Source: Acidobacteriota bacterium
Lineage (GTDB): Bacteria > Acidobacteriota > UBA890 > WLXD01
Assembly: GCA_965205505.1 (NCBI GenBank)
Contig: CBDBHB010000009.1
Coordinates: 96,001-160,000, forward strand
DNA: 64,000 bases
Direction of reading: 5' to 3'
Part shown: positions 8,697 to 22,607 of the stretch, piece after piece
Layout: each line of letters starts with the position of its first letter
Position numbering within the stretch: the first letter of the stretch is position 1
Translations under genes and position numbers: made by a program
The notes under the pieces: model-generated
Databases searched by the model: none
What the model was told of the DNA's origin: nothing
What the model saw: the letters and a program-made list of their open reading frames with translations, nothing else

Positions 8697-9842
8697 TCAG
8701 ACGGTGCCGATGTCGCGTGCCGCCGGAATCCCGTCGAGCGCTGTGGCTTGGGTTACCGCGTCGATGACCGCACTGGCCACTGCGGCCGCCGCTGCCGCAT
8801 CAACCCGGTCGAGATCAGTGGTCGAGCTGACCGGTCCGCCACGATTGGTGGCGAGCGCGAACAGCGTGTCGCCGTCGAAGATCGTGTGCGCCGGGACGAC
8901 TGCGCGTGCCAGCCCGTCATGTGCCACCGATGCCAACCGGTTGCACTGCGCCTTGCTCAGCGTACGATTGGTTGCCACTACCCCGATCGCGGTGTTCTGG
9001 CCACCGGATCCGCTGCTCGTGCCGCCCGGATCCAGCAGTGTTGACTCGGTGTTGCGCAGCGTGCGGCCGTCGCCGGCGAGCGCGCCTGCGATCAGCTTCC
9101 CGCTATGAGGGTCCCGTACGTCGCCACGGCTGTTCACCGCGATCAGCGCTGCAACCACTGTCCCGTCATCGAAACGGAAGCCGGCGCTCCCCAGGCCCCC
9201 CTTCATGCGGCCGCCGCCGAGCATCTTGCCGATCGTAGCGCCGGCACCGGCGCCGACGCTGCCCCGCACTACCGGGTCAGCGGTGGCGACCTTGCAGGCG
9301 GCGTACCCGTCGGCAGCCGTCGGTGCAATGCTCCCATCCCCGACACCGAGATCGTAGAGCACTGCGGCGGGCACGATCGGAACTATGTGGCCACCGAACT
9401 CCAGGCCAACGCCGGTTTCCTGCAAGCGCCGTAACACACCGTCGGCAGTGGCGAGTCCGGGCGCGCTGCCGCCGCTCAGGGCGATGGCGTGTACTCGATC
9501 GATGGCGTTCTCCGATCGCAGCAGATCGGTCTCCCGCGTCCCTGGCGCAGCGCCGCGCACCGCGACGCCTCCGGTGGCTCCGTCAGGGGTTACCACCACT
9601 GTGCATCCGGTCGGTCGGTCCGTACGGGTGATCTGACCTACGAGCACGCCGGCAACGTCGGTGAGCGTGATGGCGCCGGTCTGACCGTTGCCGTATCGGG
9701 TGCCCGCGCCCCGGTCGCGCTGCACACCCGGGCGCCCGCCGTACCAGGCACCCGCGGCCCGTATGGTCGGCCACGTAGCGGCGCTCCCGGCGGGCACCAA
9801 GGACGCGAGCATGAGCGACAGTTGACGGCGACTCCAGTTCAT
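8697..9842 (-). CDS. peptidase family S58 (DmpA/P1 L-aminopeptidase/D-esterase-like) with a Tat-like leader
   Basis: TGCTVV, RGAAPGTRETDLL, LSGGSA.GL, VPIVPAAVLYDL, GSVGAGAGA, KGGLGSA, QNTAIGVVATN and DGDTLFALAT. Start set at MNWSRRQL. Confidence 0.88.
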   Translation of the reverse strand: MNWSRRQLSLMLASLVPAGSAATWPTIRAAGAWYGGRPGVQRDRGAGTRYGNGQTGAITLTDVAGVLVGQITRTDRPTGCTVVVTPDGATGGVAVRGAAPGTRETDLLRSENAIDRVHAIALSGGSAPGLATADGVLRRLQETGVGLEFGGHIVPIVPAAVLYDLGVGDGSIAPTAADGYAACKVATADPVVRGSVGAGAGATIGKMLGGGRMKGGLGSAGFRFDDGTVVAALIAVNSRGDVRDPHSGKLIAGALAGDGRTLRNTESTLLDPGGTSSGSGGQNTAIGVVATNRTLSKAQCNRLASVAHDGLARAVVPAHTIFDGDTLFALATNRGGPVSSTTDLDRVDAAAAAAVASAVIDAVTQATALDGIPAARDIGTV

Positions 9843-9878
9843 GCCGATCACACTAGCAGGTCGTGTACCCTCAAGGCC

Positions 9879-10194
9879 GTGCGGATTCTCTACGTCGCCG
9901 CGGGCACACCGATCCCGGGTACGGATGGAGTACCTGGCTGCCGGGCTTCCGGTGGTTACGGCGGACATTCCCGAGCTCCACGATCTGCTTCCCGAGACCG
10001 TCGCGCGCTTCTACCCTGCCGACGACGCCGCGGCGCTGGCGAAGTTGTTGACAGACCTCGCCGGGCAACGCGCGGAGCTTCGCCGGGCCTCGATCGCTGC
10101 GCGACAGCTTGCCGAGGAGCGCTATGCGTGGGGCCGGCAGGCCGCGGTGGTCAACGCCGTGCTCACGGAGGCGATCACCGAGTGCGCCCGCTAG
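9879..10194 (+). pseudogene. GT4 glycosyltransferase with a large internal deletion
   Basis: GTG-RILYVAAGTPIPGT (GT4 N-terminus) is joined out of frame at about 9924 to MEYLAAGLPVVTADIP...EERYAW (GT4 C-terminus). Confidence 0.75.
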
Positions 10195-10237
10195 CAGGCG
10201 GAGGACGGTCGTAGGCGCGATGGTAGACTCCGCCGGC

Positions 10238-12028
10238 ATGACCGGGGAGATGCTGATCGTCGTCGGCGTGCTATTGGCAGCCCTCGTCCTGTGGGTGACC
10301 GAATGGCTGCCGATAGACTTGGTGGCGCTGTGCATACCGGTCGTGCTGATGCTCACCCGGGTGCTGGAGCCTGCCGCGGCCGTGTCGGGGTTCGCCAGCA
10401 CGACTCTACTCACCGTGGCGTCGGTTCTCGTCGTCTCGGACGGCCTGACGCGAACCGGCGTGATTACCTACGTCGGTAATCGCATCATCCAATTCGCCCG
10501 CGGCGACGAGCGGCGCTTGCTGTTCGCCGTGATGATCACCATGGCGGTGTTTTCGGGCTTCATCAACAACACCGCCGTGGTGGCGATGTTCCTGCCGATC
10601 ATGCTCGGTGTGTCGCAGGAGTTCGAGATCCCGCCCTCGAAGCTGCTCATTCCGCTGTCGTTCGCCTCGATTCTCGGGGGCACGACCAGCCTGATCGGCA
10701 CGTCGACGAACATCCTCGTTCACGGCCTCATGGAAGAGAACGGGATACGCGGCATCGGTCTATTCGAGATCACCCCGGTGGGGCTGATCTATGCGGCCGT
10801 CGGCCTCGCCTACATGTACTGGATAGGCCGCCATTTGTTGCCGGATCGTGGCAACGTTACGTCATACGCGCAGAGTCAGCGCGGTGCCGCCGACTACATG
10901 ACCGAGGTGCAGGTGCCCGAGGGCTCCGACCTCATCGGGGGCCGGGTCGACGAGGCGCTGCAGGCCGCCCATCCGGAAGTTCGCCTGTTGCAGATCATAA
11001 GGGGCGATGCGTTGTTCTGGCCGCCGCTCGACAAGGTGGTCATCGAGGCAGGGGACGTGTTTCTGCTCAAGGGAGACGTCAATCAGCTGCTCTCCCTCTA
11101 CAAAGAGAAGGGGTTGGAGCTGCTGCCTGGTTTGAAGGCGGAGGCGATTCGATACGCGGTGAAGGATATGGCGCTTGCCGAGGCCGTGATCACCCCGAAC
11201 TCGCGGCTCATCGGCAGGTCGCTGAGCGAGATCAACTTCCGACAGCACTACGGCGCCTCGGTGATGGCGCTGCAGCGACACGGCGACCATCTGCGCGATG
11301 GGCTTCCCACCGTCAGGTTGCGCGTCGGCGATGTGTTGCTGGTGATGGCCGACCGAGTCGACATCCAGCGCCTCATGACCTACGACGAGTTCCTGCTGCT
11401 GGAGGGCGTACAGGAGGTCATCGTCAACCGTGAGAAAGCACCCATAGCAATAGGACTGGTGCTGGGCCTGATCGTGCTCGGCGGCGTTACAGACGTCCCC
11501 ATCATGACCCTGGCGATGGTATCCGCGGTGCTCATGGTGCTTACTCGGTGCCTGTCCATGCGGCAGGCGTACGCCGCGCTTGATCTATCGGTGTTGATGT
11601 TGATCGGCGGCGCCATCGCGCTCGGTCGGGCGATGGAGCAGTCCGGAGCGGCGGCGTTTCTCGCCCAGGCCGTCGTTGGCGCCGTGGGGCAGTACGGTCC
11701 GGTCGTAGTGCTGTCGGGTATCTACCTGATGACGGTGGTGTTCACCGAGCTCATGTCCAACGCCGCGGCGGCGGTGCTCATGGTGCCCATCGCGCTGGGC
11801 GTGGCTGCCAACCTGGGCGTCGATCCTCGCCCGTTCGCTATTGCCGTCGCGTTCGCCGGCTCGGCAGCGTTCTCGACGCCAATCGGCTATCAAACCAACA
11901 CCCTGGTGTACGGTCCGGGTGGCTATCATTTCCTCGACTACACCCGAGTGGGGCTGCCGCTGAACATCATCCTCTGGCTGCTGGCCACGTGGCTGATCCC
12001 CACCTTTTGGCCGTTGGTTCCGGCCTGA
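10238..12028 (+). CDS. SLC13/DASS family permease with TrkA-C domains
   Basis: SGFINNTAVVA, PSKLLIPLSFASILGGTTSLIGTSTN, central RCK-C repeats and TPIGYQTNTLVYGPGGY. Confidence 0.92.
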   Translation: MTGEMLIVVGVLLAALVLWVTEWLPIDLVALCIPVVLMLTRVLEPAAAVSGFASTTLLTVASVLVVSDGLTRTGVITYVGNRIIQFARGDERRLLFAVMITMAVFSGFINNTAVVAMFLPIMLGVSQEFEIPPSKLLIPLSFASILGGTTSLIGTSTNILVHGLMEENGIRGIGLFEITPVGLIYAAVGLAYMYWIGRHLLPDRGNVTSYAQSQRGAADYMTEVQVPEGSDLIGGRVDEALQAAHPEVRLLQIIRGDALFWPPLDKVVIEAGDVFLLKGDVNQLLSLYKEKGLELLPGLKAEAIRYAVKDMALAEAVITPNSRLIGRSLSEINFRQHYGASVMALQRHGDHLRDGLPTVRLRVGDVLLVMADRVDIQRLMTYDEFLLLEGVQEVIVNREKAPIAIGLVLGLIVLGGVTDVPIMTLAMVSAVLMVLTRCLSMRQAYAALDLSVLMLIGGAIALGRAMEQSGAAAFLAQAVVGAVGQYGPVVVLSGIYLMTVVFTELMSNAAAAVLMVPIALGVAANLGVDPRPFAIAVAFAGSAAFSTPIGYQTNTLVYGPGGYHFLDYTRVGLPLNIILWLLATWLIPTFWPLVPA

Positions 12029-12180
12029 TCGCGCCGTCCCGGAGGCGTCAACAGGCCGCAACCAGCGAGTACGACGGGTGTACACTGTGGCTATCGCTCG
12101 GCCTTGGCGGTTGCGTCCGACAAGCAGGATGCGGGCGGCCGTCTCATCGTCAGAGAGCTCCAATCGAGGAGGAGGACCCC

Positions 12181-12954
12181 GTGAAAGCCTGTTCCTTGCG
12201 CGTTGTTGTCATCGCCCTTTGCGGCGGCCTCGTCCTCGCCGCCGCCCCCGCGCCTCAACAAGACCTCGCGATCTCGTTCACGGTTACCAACGCCGACGAA
12301 GGTGCCAACACCATGAAGGCGACGGTCGGTGGCGAGCATGCGCGCCTCGACATGGACGGCGTGTCGATCATCTGGGGACCGATCGCCTGGATCATGGTCC
12401 AGCACCAACAGAAGATGTTCATCCGGTTCAGCAAGGAGATGATGGAGCGGATGCGGCAGATGATGGAGCGGATGCCGGCACAGATGCGCCGCGGCGACAT
12501 GCCCGATCCGGACGACTTCGACCCGACCTCCTTCTCCTTTCGCCGTACTGGTGCCACCGACACGGTGACCACCAGCACGGGCACGAAACACAGCGTGTTC
12601 GAGGTCGAGATGACCGGGCCGGACGGCCAGCTAGCCTCGCTATGGCTGTCGACTACTGCCGAGGTCGGTCTGTTCGAGGTCTGGAACCGACTGGCAGAGC
12701 ACCTCTCGAAGGTCGCTGGACCGATGATGGGCGGTGGCCCCGGGGGACGGAATCCCCTGGCGGGCATGGCCGAATATCTGAAGCTGGCGCGGGCCCGCGG
12801 GCTGCCCGACGGCCGCGTGCTGCGGATGGACTCCGAAGATGGGGTCAGCATGGTGGTCAACGACTGGGAGTACGGGCCGTTCGAGGGCAATTGGAAGGAG
12901 GCCCCTACGGGTTATACGGAGCAGCAAATGCCGCGGATGATGCAGCGTCCGTAG
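12181..12954 (+). CDS. secreted hypothetical protein (DUF4412-like)
   Basis: GGAGGA RBS then GTG, signal peptide, ARLDM, IMVQHQQK, TGATDTV and a C-terminal P.GY. Confidence 0.65.
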   Translation: MKACSLRVVVIALCGGLVLAAAPAPQQDLAISFTVTNADEGANTMKATVGGEHARLDMDGVSIIWGPIAWIMVQHQQKMFIRFSKEMMERMRQMMERMPAQMRRGDMPDPDDFDPTSFSFRRTGATDTVTTSTGTKHSVFEVEMTGPDGQLASLWLSTTAEVGLFEVWNRLAEHLSKVAGPMMGGGPGGRNPLAGMAEYLKLARARGLPDGRVLRMDSEDGVSMVVNDWEYGPFEGNWKEAPTGYTEQQMPRMMQRP

Positions 12955-12997
12955 TGGGGCGCTGAAAATCGCCGACGAAACGCCGCAAACGGCTCCC

Positions 12998-13360
12998 TTG
13001 GACGAAGAAGCTCCGGAAAGCGACGAGCTGTTCGATCTGCTCGCTCTGTGCACTGAGGCGAAGCGGCTGGGCCGCGCGCGCCGCGAGGCGGGCAAGGTGC
13101 AGTTCCTCACCGCGGGGCCCGATCTCTGGATTGCTGCTGCCAGCTCCTACAACGTGGTGCTCGATACGTCGGCCAAGCGCGTGCAGCACGGCTGCCGAGA
13201 CTTCCTCGGGCAGGCGCGTGAGCGCCGGCTGTGCAAACACGTGGCGGCGTTGTTGTTGGCGATGGATCGAGACGTCGCGCTCGAGGTGCTGCGCGGCCTG
13301 ACCGTGCCCTATGGGGAGTGGCGCCTCGAGGTTATCGCCGCGCGCGGCTTCAAGAACTGA
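12998..13360 (+). CDS. SWIM-like zinc-finger protein
   Basis: HGCRDF...LCKHVAALLL. Confidence 0.7.
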   Translation: MDEEAPESDELFDLLALCTEAKRLGRARREAGKVQFLTAGPDLWIAAASSYNVVLDTSAKRVQHGCRDFLGQARERRLCKHVAALLLAMDRDVALEVLRGLTVPYGEWRLEVIAARGFKN

Positions 13361-13562
13361 GGGGCGCGAGACTGCATTGTCAGAGCCAGAGCGCACAAAG
13401 CTCCGTCTCGCGGTTGCCCGGCTGGCCGAGACCGACGAGCCGGACACACAGAGCAGTCAGGGGTCCTGTCTAAGGGCCTGCCGAACAGCGTCTTGGCGCA
13501 GTTGCCGCCGAGATTCGTTGGCTTGACAAGACGACCGGGTCATCGCTGATTCCGCCTCCGGC

Positions 13563-13817
13563 GTGTTGCGCATGGAGGAGACCGTCATCAGTGTTGGTGG
13601 CGGGCGCAGGATCGACGTTTGCGTTACCAGCGTAAGCGGCCCCAACTCGCGCTACGTGATTCAGTTCTACACGCTGGCCGAGACCGACATCGACAAGGGA
13701 CCGTCCTCGGTCCAGGTCCGTGAAACGGGAGAGTTCTCGATCGACCAGCGGTCGTCCCACCCCGGGACCGCGCGGCTGCAGGAGATTCTCAGGCAGCGGC
13801 GTCGCCTCAAGAGATGA
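13563..13817 (+). CDS. small hypothetical protein
   Basis: 84-aa ORF with plausible composition, followed by a terminator. Confidence 0.45.
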   Translation: MLRMEETVISVGGGRRIDVCVTSVSGPNSRYVIQFYTLAETDIDKGPSSVQVRETGEFSIDQRSSHPGTARLQEILRQRRRLKR

Positions 13818-13842
13818 CCCGTCACGGATACTGATGTGCACA

Positions 13843-13875
13843 CGGGGACGGCCCGGCACCGTCCCCGGTTTCTTT
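13843..13875 (+). terminator. intrinsic terminator
   Basis: CGGGGACGG-7 nt-CCGTCCCCG followed by GTTTCTTT, between convergent genes. Confidence 0.7.
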
Positions 13876-13887
13876 GTCCGAGTCCTA

Positions 13888-14424
13888 TCAAGACGCAGGA
13901 TTGACTGAGCCGGTCGCCAAACGGCGAGAGATCTCGGGCGCTAGCTCGCGCCAGGGCCGCAACGGACACTTACGGATTTCGATCTCGTGGCCGTCGAAAA
14001 TCACTTCGGCCACGCCGGGAACGCTGTACAGGTCCTCCGCCAAGCGGTGCTCGAGCGCCTGTCGCTTGCCCTCATAGACGCGGGGTGGCAGGGGTGCTCC
14101 GTACCAGGCAAAGCGACGGCACCGGCACTCGCGCTCTACGAGATCGGTTAGCTGGCCGATGTCGAGGTCGGCGCAGAGGATGCGCTCGAACGGCCGGATA
14201 ATACCGCCCCATCGGGCTTCCTTGTGTTTCTTCAGCCGGACCTTGTAGGCGTTGAGTGACAGGACGCGCACGCCCGGCAGCTCGAGGACGGCGCGCATCC
14301 ACACTACGGGCGGCGGCGTCGAGCCGGCGAGAAAGGTCTCGACGATCTCGTCGGTCACGAGTGAATCGGTGTGGACGACCAGAGCGTGAGGGTTCGGTGG
14401 GAACTCGCGTACGGCGTTCATCAA
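13888..14424 (-). CDS. protein with two Nfu/NifU N-terminal-like domains
   Basis: PNPHAL...LELPGVRVL...W and LAEDLYSVPGVAEVIFDGHEIEIRK...W.EL.PEI. Confidence 0.65.
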   Translation of the reverse strand: MMNAVREFPPNPHALVVHTDSLVTDEIVETFLAGSTPPPVVWMRAVLELPGVRVLSLNAYKVRLKKHKEARWGGIIRPFERILCADLDIGQLTDLVERECRCRRFAWYGAPLPPRVYEGKRQALEHRLAEDLYSVPGVAEVIFDGHEIEIRKCPLRPWRELAPEISRRLATGSVNPAS

Positions 14425-14527
14425 ATGCCCAGACAGATCGTGGGCTCGCTGGCGCGCCGGTACGGAAGGCGTACTTACGTAACGTTAGCAAGACGCCTTG
14501 CCCCGTTACAAGGACAGCCTTGATTGC

Positions 14528-15061
14528 TCAGGCGGCGTCGAACAACCCGGAGATCTTGTCGAGGATCTTCCAGGCGAAGTGGTCGGCCCGTTGCGGCTCC
14601 AGGCGATGCAGTCGCGCCATCACCGCGCCACGCCACGCCAGCGCTTGCGCCGGATTCGCGCTGAGCACCCGCACCAAGGGGAGCAGAGGTATCTCCAGCA
14701 CCACCGAGTCCTCTTTGGCGATCGCCGAGTAACGACGCTCCTCCTCGCCGAGCAGCACCACGTCACCGAAGGACGCATACGGCGCGACGATATCGTAGGA
14801 GGTGTGGCCGCCGGCTTTCTCGAACCGTTCCATCTGGAGGAAACCGTCCAGCAACAGGTACACCGAGTCGGCTAGCTCGCCCTGGCTGAACAGTCGTTCC
14901 TCCTCGTGCACAAGTCGGCATTCGGCGCGCTTCGAGAGTCCGACGAGGGCCTTCGTGCTCAGGTCGTCGAGGTGAGAACAGTTGCCCAACAGCAGTGGGC
15001 TAACCCCGGAAACCGCGGTCGACGGGAACTCTCTGCGTAGCTTGCTCATCGAGTTGCTCAC
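14528..15061 (-). CDS. cyclic-nucleotide-binding domain protein (no HTH)
   Basis: LFSQGELADSVYLLLDG, FGDVVLL and RRYSAIA. Confidence 0.8.
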   Translation of the reverse strand: MSNSMSKLRREFPSTAVSGVSPLLLGNCSHLDDLSTKALVGLSKRAECRLVHEEERLFSQGELADSVYLLLDGFLQMERFEKAGGHTSYDIVAPYASFGDVVLLGEEERRYSAIAKEDSVVLEIPLLPLVRVLSANPAQALAWRGAVMARLHRLEPQRADHFAWKILDKISGLFDAA

Positions 15062-15271
15062 TTGCGTCTCTCCTGCGTCCCGCTCGGAGGGGTGGCCGGC
15101 AGGATCTCTAACGTCTTATTCGCCGCATCCGGTGATTTGGTTTCGCCGAAGCCGCGTCGCGGCCGGCAGGCCACCTCGCGACAACTCGACCAGGCGACCG
15201 CCAAAGGCCATAATCCCGATGGCGCCATGTCGGTGTTCGCGCGCCTCCAACGAGAACGTAAGGGGAACTTC

Positions 15272-15613
15272 ATGAAGCACCATGAGCGCCAAATCGATGG
15301 TGTGGTGATCGTCGAGCTGAAAGGCAAGCTGACGCTGGGCTCAGGCGACGTACAGCTACGGCAGCTTGTCAGTGACCTGCTGGAGCGCGGCGAGAACAAG
15401 ATCCTGCTCGACCTCGCTGGCGTCCGGTACATGGACAGTTCCGGTACCGGTGAGTTGGTCTCCGCATACACGTCGTGCGCCAACCGCGGCGCCCAGCTCA
15501 AGCTACTGAACCTCAGCACCAAGGTGCGCGATTTGCTGATGTTTACGCAGCTCATCAGCATCTTCGAGGACTACAACGACGTCGCTGAGGCGGTCCACAG
15601 CTTCTCGGAATAG
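15272..15613 (+). CDS. STAS-domain anti-sigma factor antagonist
   Basis: ILLDLAGVRYMDSSGTGELV. RBS AGGGG before ATG 15272. Confidence 0.9.
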   Translation: MKHHERQIDGVVIVELKGKLTLGSGDVQLRQLVSDLLERGENKILLDLAGVRYMDSSGTGELVSAYTSCANRGAQLKLLNLSTKVRDLLMFTQLISIFEDYNDVAEAVHSFSE

Positions 15614-15673
15614 GCTTCTCCCGGAGTAGCCGTCCGCCGTGCTCCAACCAGCGTCTCGGTTTGCCGTGCACTC

Positions 15674-16953
15674 ATGCAAGTGTTCTCATACGCCGGGGGA
15701 GGGGCGGTGAACGGTCGGAGTGGCAGCTTGTTCGACAACGAGCGCCCTGCCGTGTTGGCTCTCGCCGACGGCACCCTCTTTCGAGGAATTGGCTTCGGGG
15801 CGTCGTGCGTTCGTTGCGGCGAGGTGTGCTTCAACACCAGCATGACGGGCTATCAGGAGATCCTCACCGATCCCTCGTACGCCGGTCAGATCGTGGCGAT
15901 GACGTACCCGCAAATCGGCAACGTCGGCGTCAACGCTGCCGACTCTGAGTCGGGCAGTCCGGCGCTCGCCGGGTTCGTCGTGCGGGAAGTATTCGACGAG
16001 CCCAGCAACTGGCGCGCTGAGGAACCGCTCGGCGCGTACCTCAGACGCCACGGTGTGCCCGGAATCTCCGACATCGATACCCGCGCGTTGGTGCGGGGCA
16101 TCCGTGATCGGGGCTGCCAGAACGGTGTGCTCTCAACCGATCCGGACCGCCAGGACGGCGAGGCATTGGCAGAAATCGCGCGGCGCGCGGCACCGATGGA
16201 TGGCCTCGACCTGGTGGCGGAGGTGACCTGTTCGGAGCCCTACAACTGGGAGGTCGGCAGCTGGCCCGGCATCGACGGGCAGCTGCCGCAAGCCACCGTA
16301 CCGGATGATCGATTGCGGCTCGTGGTCTTCGATTTCGGCATCAAGCACAACATCCTGCGGCTTCTGGTCGATCATGGTTTCGAGGTCACGGTGGTGCCGG
16401 CGCATACCACGGCAGATCAAGTGGCGGAGCTCGAGCCGGACGCGGTGTTTCTGTCCAACGGCCCCGGCGATCCAGCGGCCGTCCTCGAAGTGCCTGATAC
16501 CGTGCGGCAGCTCGTCGACCGATATCCCATCTTCGGCATCTGCCTCGGTCATCAAATCCTCGGTCTGGCGCTGGGTGGGTCGACGACGAAGCTGAAATTC
16601 GGGCACCACGGCGGCAACCAACCCGGCCAAGACGTACACAGCGGGCGGGTGGCGATCTGTGCGGAGAATCATGGCTTCGCGGTCGAGCCGGAGTCCTTGC
16701 GGCAGGCCGGAGAACCGGTCGAAGTAACGCATATCAACCTCAACGACGGCACCGTGGAAGGGCTGGCGCACCTAACGCGGCCGATCTTCTCGGTGCAGTA
16801 CCACCCGGAGGCGTCGCCCGGTCCGCATGACGCGCGGCATTTCTTCCAGCGGTTCCGGGACATGGTGCTGCGCCACCGAGCTGGCGAAGCTGTTACGGGT
16901 GCCGAGGTAGCGCGCGGCTCGGGAAGTAGGCTCAGCTCGGCAAGCCCGACCTG

Positions 16954-16954
<1 letters not shown>
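15674..16954 (+). CDS. carA: carbamoyl-phosphate synthase small subunit
   Basis: [32 protein letters not shown] and [12 protein letters not shown]. Confidence 0.97.
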
Positions 16955-20190
<3,236 letters not shown>

Positions 20191-20203
20191 CAGGACCGGA
20201 GTG

Positions 20204-21202
20204 ATGCCGGCGCGCGCCACCTTTCACGCTCTCTCTATCGCCGCCGGGATTGCCGTGGTTGTCGGCAGCTCGGTTTCGCAAGACTCGGCCCCGGGCGACG
20301 TGGTTCGCGAGACGATTCCGGGCACCCGAGTCGCATTCGAGATGGCGTTCGTTCCCGACGGCGTGTTCGAGCTCGGGAGCCCTGTCGATGAGACTGACCG
20401 CGACGATGATGAGGGTCCGGTCCGCCGGGTTCGAATCGAACCGTTCTGGATGGGTGTGCACGAGATCACCCACGACGAGTTCGCGATCTTCCGTTATCGG
20501 CGGCTCGACGATCATGCGAGCGCGGCGGCCGAGCTACCGTTCGACGCCGATGCCGTGAGTCGACCGAGCCCGCCATACGAGGACCCCGCCCACGGCATGA
20601 GCAAGAATGGGCACCCAGCCGTAGGCATGACTCGATGGGCGGCGTTGCAGTACTCGCGCTGGCTGTCAACCAAGACCGGAAGGCTGTACCGATTGCCCAC
20701 CGAGGCCGAGTGGGAGTACGCCTGTCAGGCTGGCGAAGATCGGGCGTACGGATTCAACGGTGCTTCCGGTGAGCTCGGTGCGCACGCCTGGCTGGCCGAC
20801 AACAGCCGCGCGACGTACCAGGCGGTCGGTCTGAAGGCACCGAACGCCTGGCGCCTGCGTGACATGCACGGCAACGTGGCCGAGTGGGTGGCCGATCGCT
20901 ACGATGAGGCGTTCTACGCTAGCCTTCCGGATGGCGAGCCCGTCGCGGGTCCGATCTCCGGGCTGCCGGGTCGCGGCCAAGGTGTGGTTCGAGGTGGTTC
21001 CTACATCGATGGGCCGGCTGATGCGCGCTGTGCGGCGCGTTCCCCCGAAACGCCATATTGGAAACGTCGCGACCCCCAGATTCCGAAGAGTCGCTGGTGG
21101 AACACTGATTCGGAGCACGTCGGGTTTCGTATCGTTCGTCCGGCGCGAGAGGTCGGGATCGACGAGATTCGGGCGTACTGGACCACCGTGTTGGGACCGT
21201 AG
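20204..21202 (+). CDS. formylglycine-generating enzyme (SUMF1/FGE-sulfatase) family protein, secreted
   Basis: RLPTEAEWEYAC, PNAW.L.DMHGNVAEW, RGGS and GFRIVR. Confidence 0.9.
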   Translation: MPARATFHALSIAAGIAVVVGSSVSQDSAPGDVVRETIPGTRVAFEMAFVPDGVFELGSPVDETDRDDDEGPVRRVRIEPFWMGVHEITHDEFAIFRYRRLDDHASAAAELPFDADAVSRPSPPYEDPAHGMSKNGHPAVGMTRWAALQYSRWLSTKTGRLYRLPTEAEWEYACQAGEDRAYGFNGASGELGAHAWLADNSRATYQAVGLKAPNAWRLRDMHGNVAEWVADRYDEAFYASLPDGEPVAGPISGLPGRGQGVVRGGSYIDGPADARCAARSPETPYWKRRDPQIPKSRWWNTDSEHVGFRIVRPAREVGIDEIRAYWTTVLGP

Positions 21203-21274
21203 TACGGTGCTCGCCTGGCAGGCGGAGGATTCGCCACACTTCCACGACTGCCTGCTAACGATTGAGGAGCAACG

Positions 21275-22597
21275 ATGAACAGACGTGATTTCGTGATGAC
21301 GAGCACCGCGGCAGCGGTAGGCGGCCTGTCGTTGAGCCGTGCGGCGGACTTGCGAGTGCAGCCGGCGAGCGCCGAGGCGATTCGGATCGGCGTGATCGGT
21401 TGTGGCGGGCGCGGCACCGGCGCGACGGTACAAGCGTTAAGCACGACGCAGGACGTCAAGCTCGTTGCCATGGCAGATGCGTTCGACGATAGGGTGCAGA
21501 CGAGCTACGAGACGATCACGTCGACTGAACGCGACGATTGGCTCGGCGGCAGTATTGATCTACGGGCTCGTATCGACGTGCCTCCGGAGCGGCGCTTCTC
21601 GGGATTCGATGCCTACAAGCAGTGCTTCCGTTGGTCGATGTGGTCATCTTGGCCACGCCTCCCGGGTTCCGTCCAACCCACTTCGAGGCGGCGATCGAGG
21701 CCGGCAAGCACGTGTTCATGGAGAAGCCGGTGGCCACCGACGCACCCGGTGTGCGGCGCGTGGTTGAGGCCGGAAAGCGTGCCCGAGCGGAGCAGATCAA
21801 CGTCGTCGTCGGGCTGCAGCGACATTACCAGCGGATGTATCGCGCCTGGGTCGAGCGCATTCACGCTGGCATGATCGGCGACGTGATCCTCGGCCGCGTC
21901 TACTGGAACGGCGCCGGCGTGTGGGAAAGACCGCGCCAGCCACAGCAGACCGAGATGGAGTACCAGATGCGCAACTGGTACTACTTCAACTGGCTGTGTG
22001 GAGACCATATCGTCGAGCAGCACATCCACAACACGACGTCGGCAACTGGGTGATGGATGGGCACCCGTTACGTGCGCAGGGACAGGGTGGCCGCCTGGTT
22101 CGAAACGGCAAGGACCACGGCGAGATCTTCGATCATCACTTTGTCGAGTACGAGTACGAAAACGGCAGCCGGGTGCTCAGCCAGTGTCGCCACATGCCTG
22201 ATTGCATGGACCGGGTGTCCGAGGCCTTTCACGGTACCAATGGCACGGCGCCGCGCCCCGGGGTCATACTCTCGAAGAAGGGCAAGACGCTGTTCGAGTA
22301 CGACGACGGCGCGCTGACCCGAACCCCTACCAGGTGGAGCACGACGAGCTGTTCGCGGCGGTGGCCGCAGGCGAGTACACCTACGCGGACACCGAGCGGG
22401 GCGTGGTGGCGACAATGACCGCAATCCTGGGCCGCATGGCAACGTACTCCGGACAGGTCGTCGAATGGGACCAGGCGGTGGAGTCGGATCTCGACCTCAT
22501 GCCGCCTCGGCTTGCCTGGGATGAGCCTCCGCGGGTACTTCCCGACGCACATGGTCGCTACCCGATCCCCACACCCGGCGTGACGCGAGCCTTTTGA
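21275..22597 (+). pseudogene. Tat-exported Gfo/Idh/MocA oxidoreductase with three frameshifts (pseudogene or sequencing errors)
   Basis: NRRDF Tat motif, IGCGGRGTGA, KHVFMEKPVA and GDHIVEQHIHN. Frame changes near 21622, 22033 and 22312. Confidence 0.85.
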
Positions 22598-22607
22598 GGC
22601 GGGTTCG

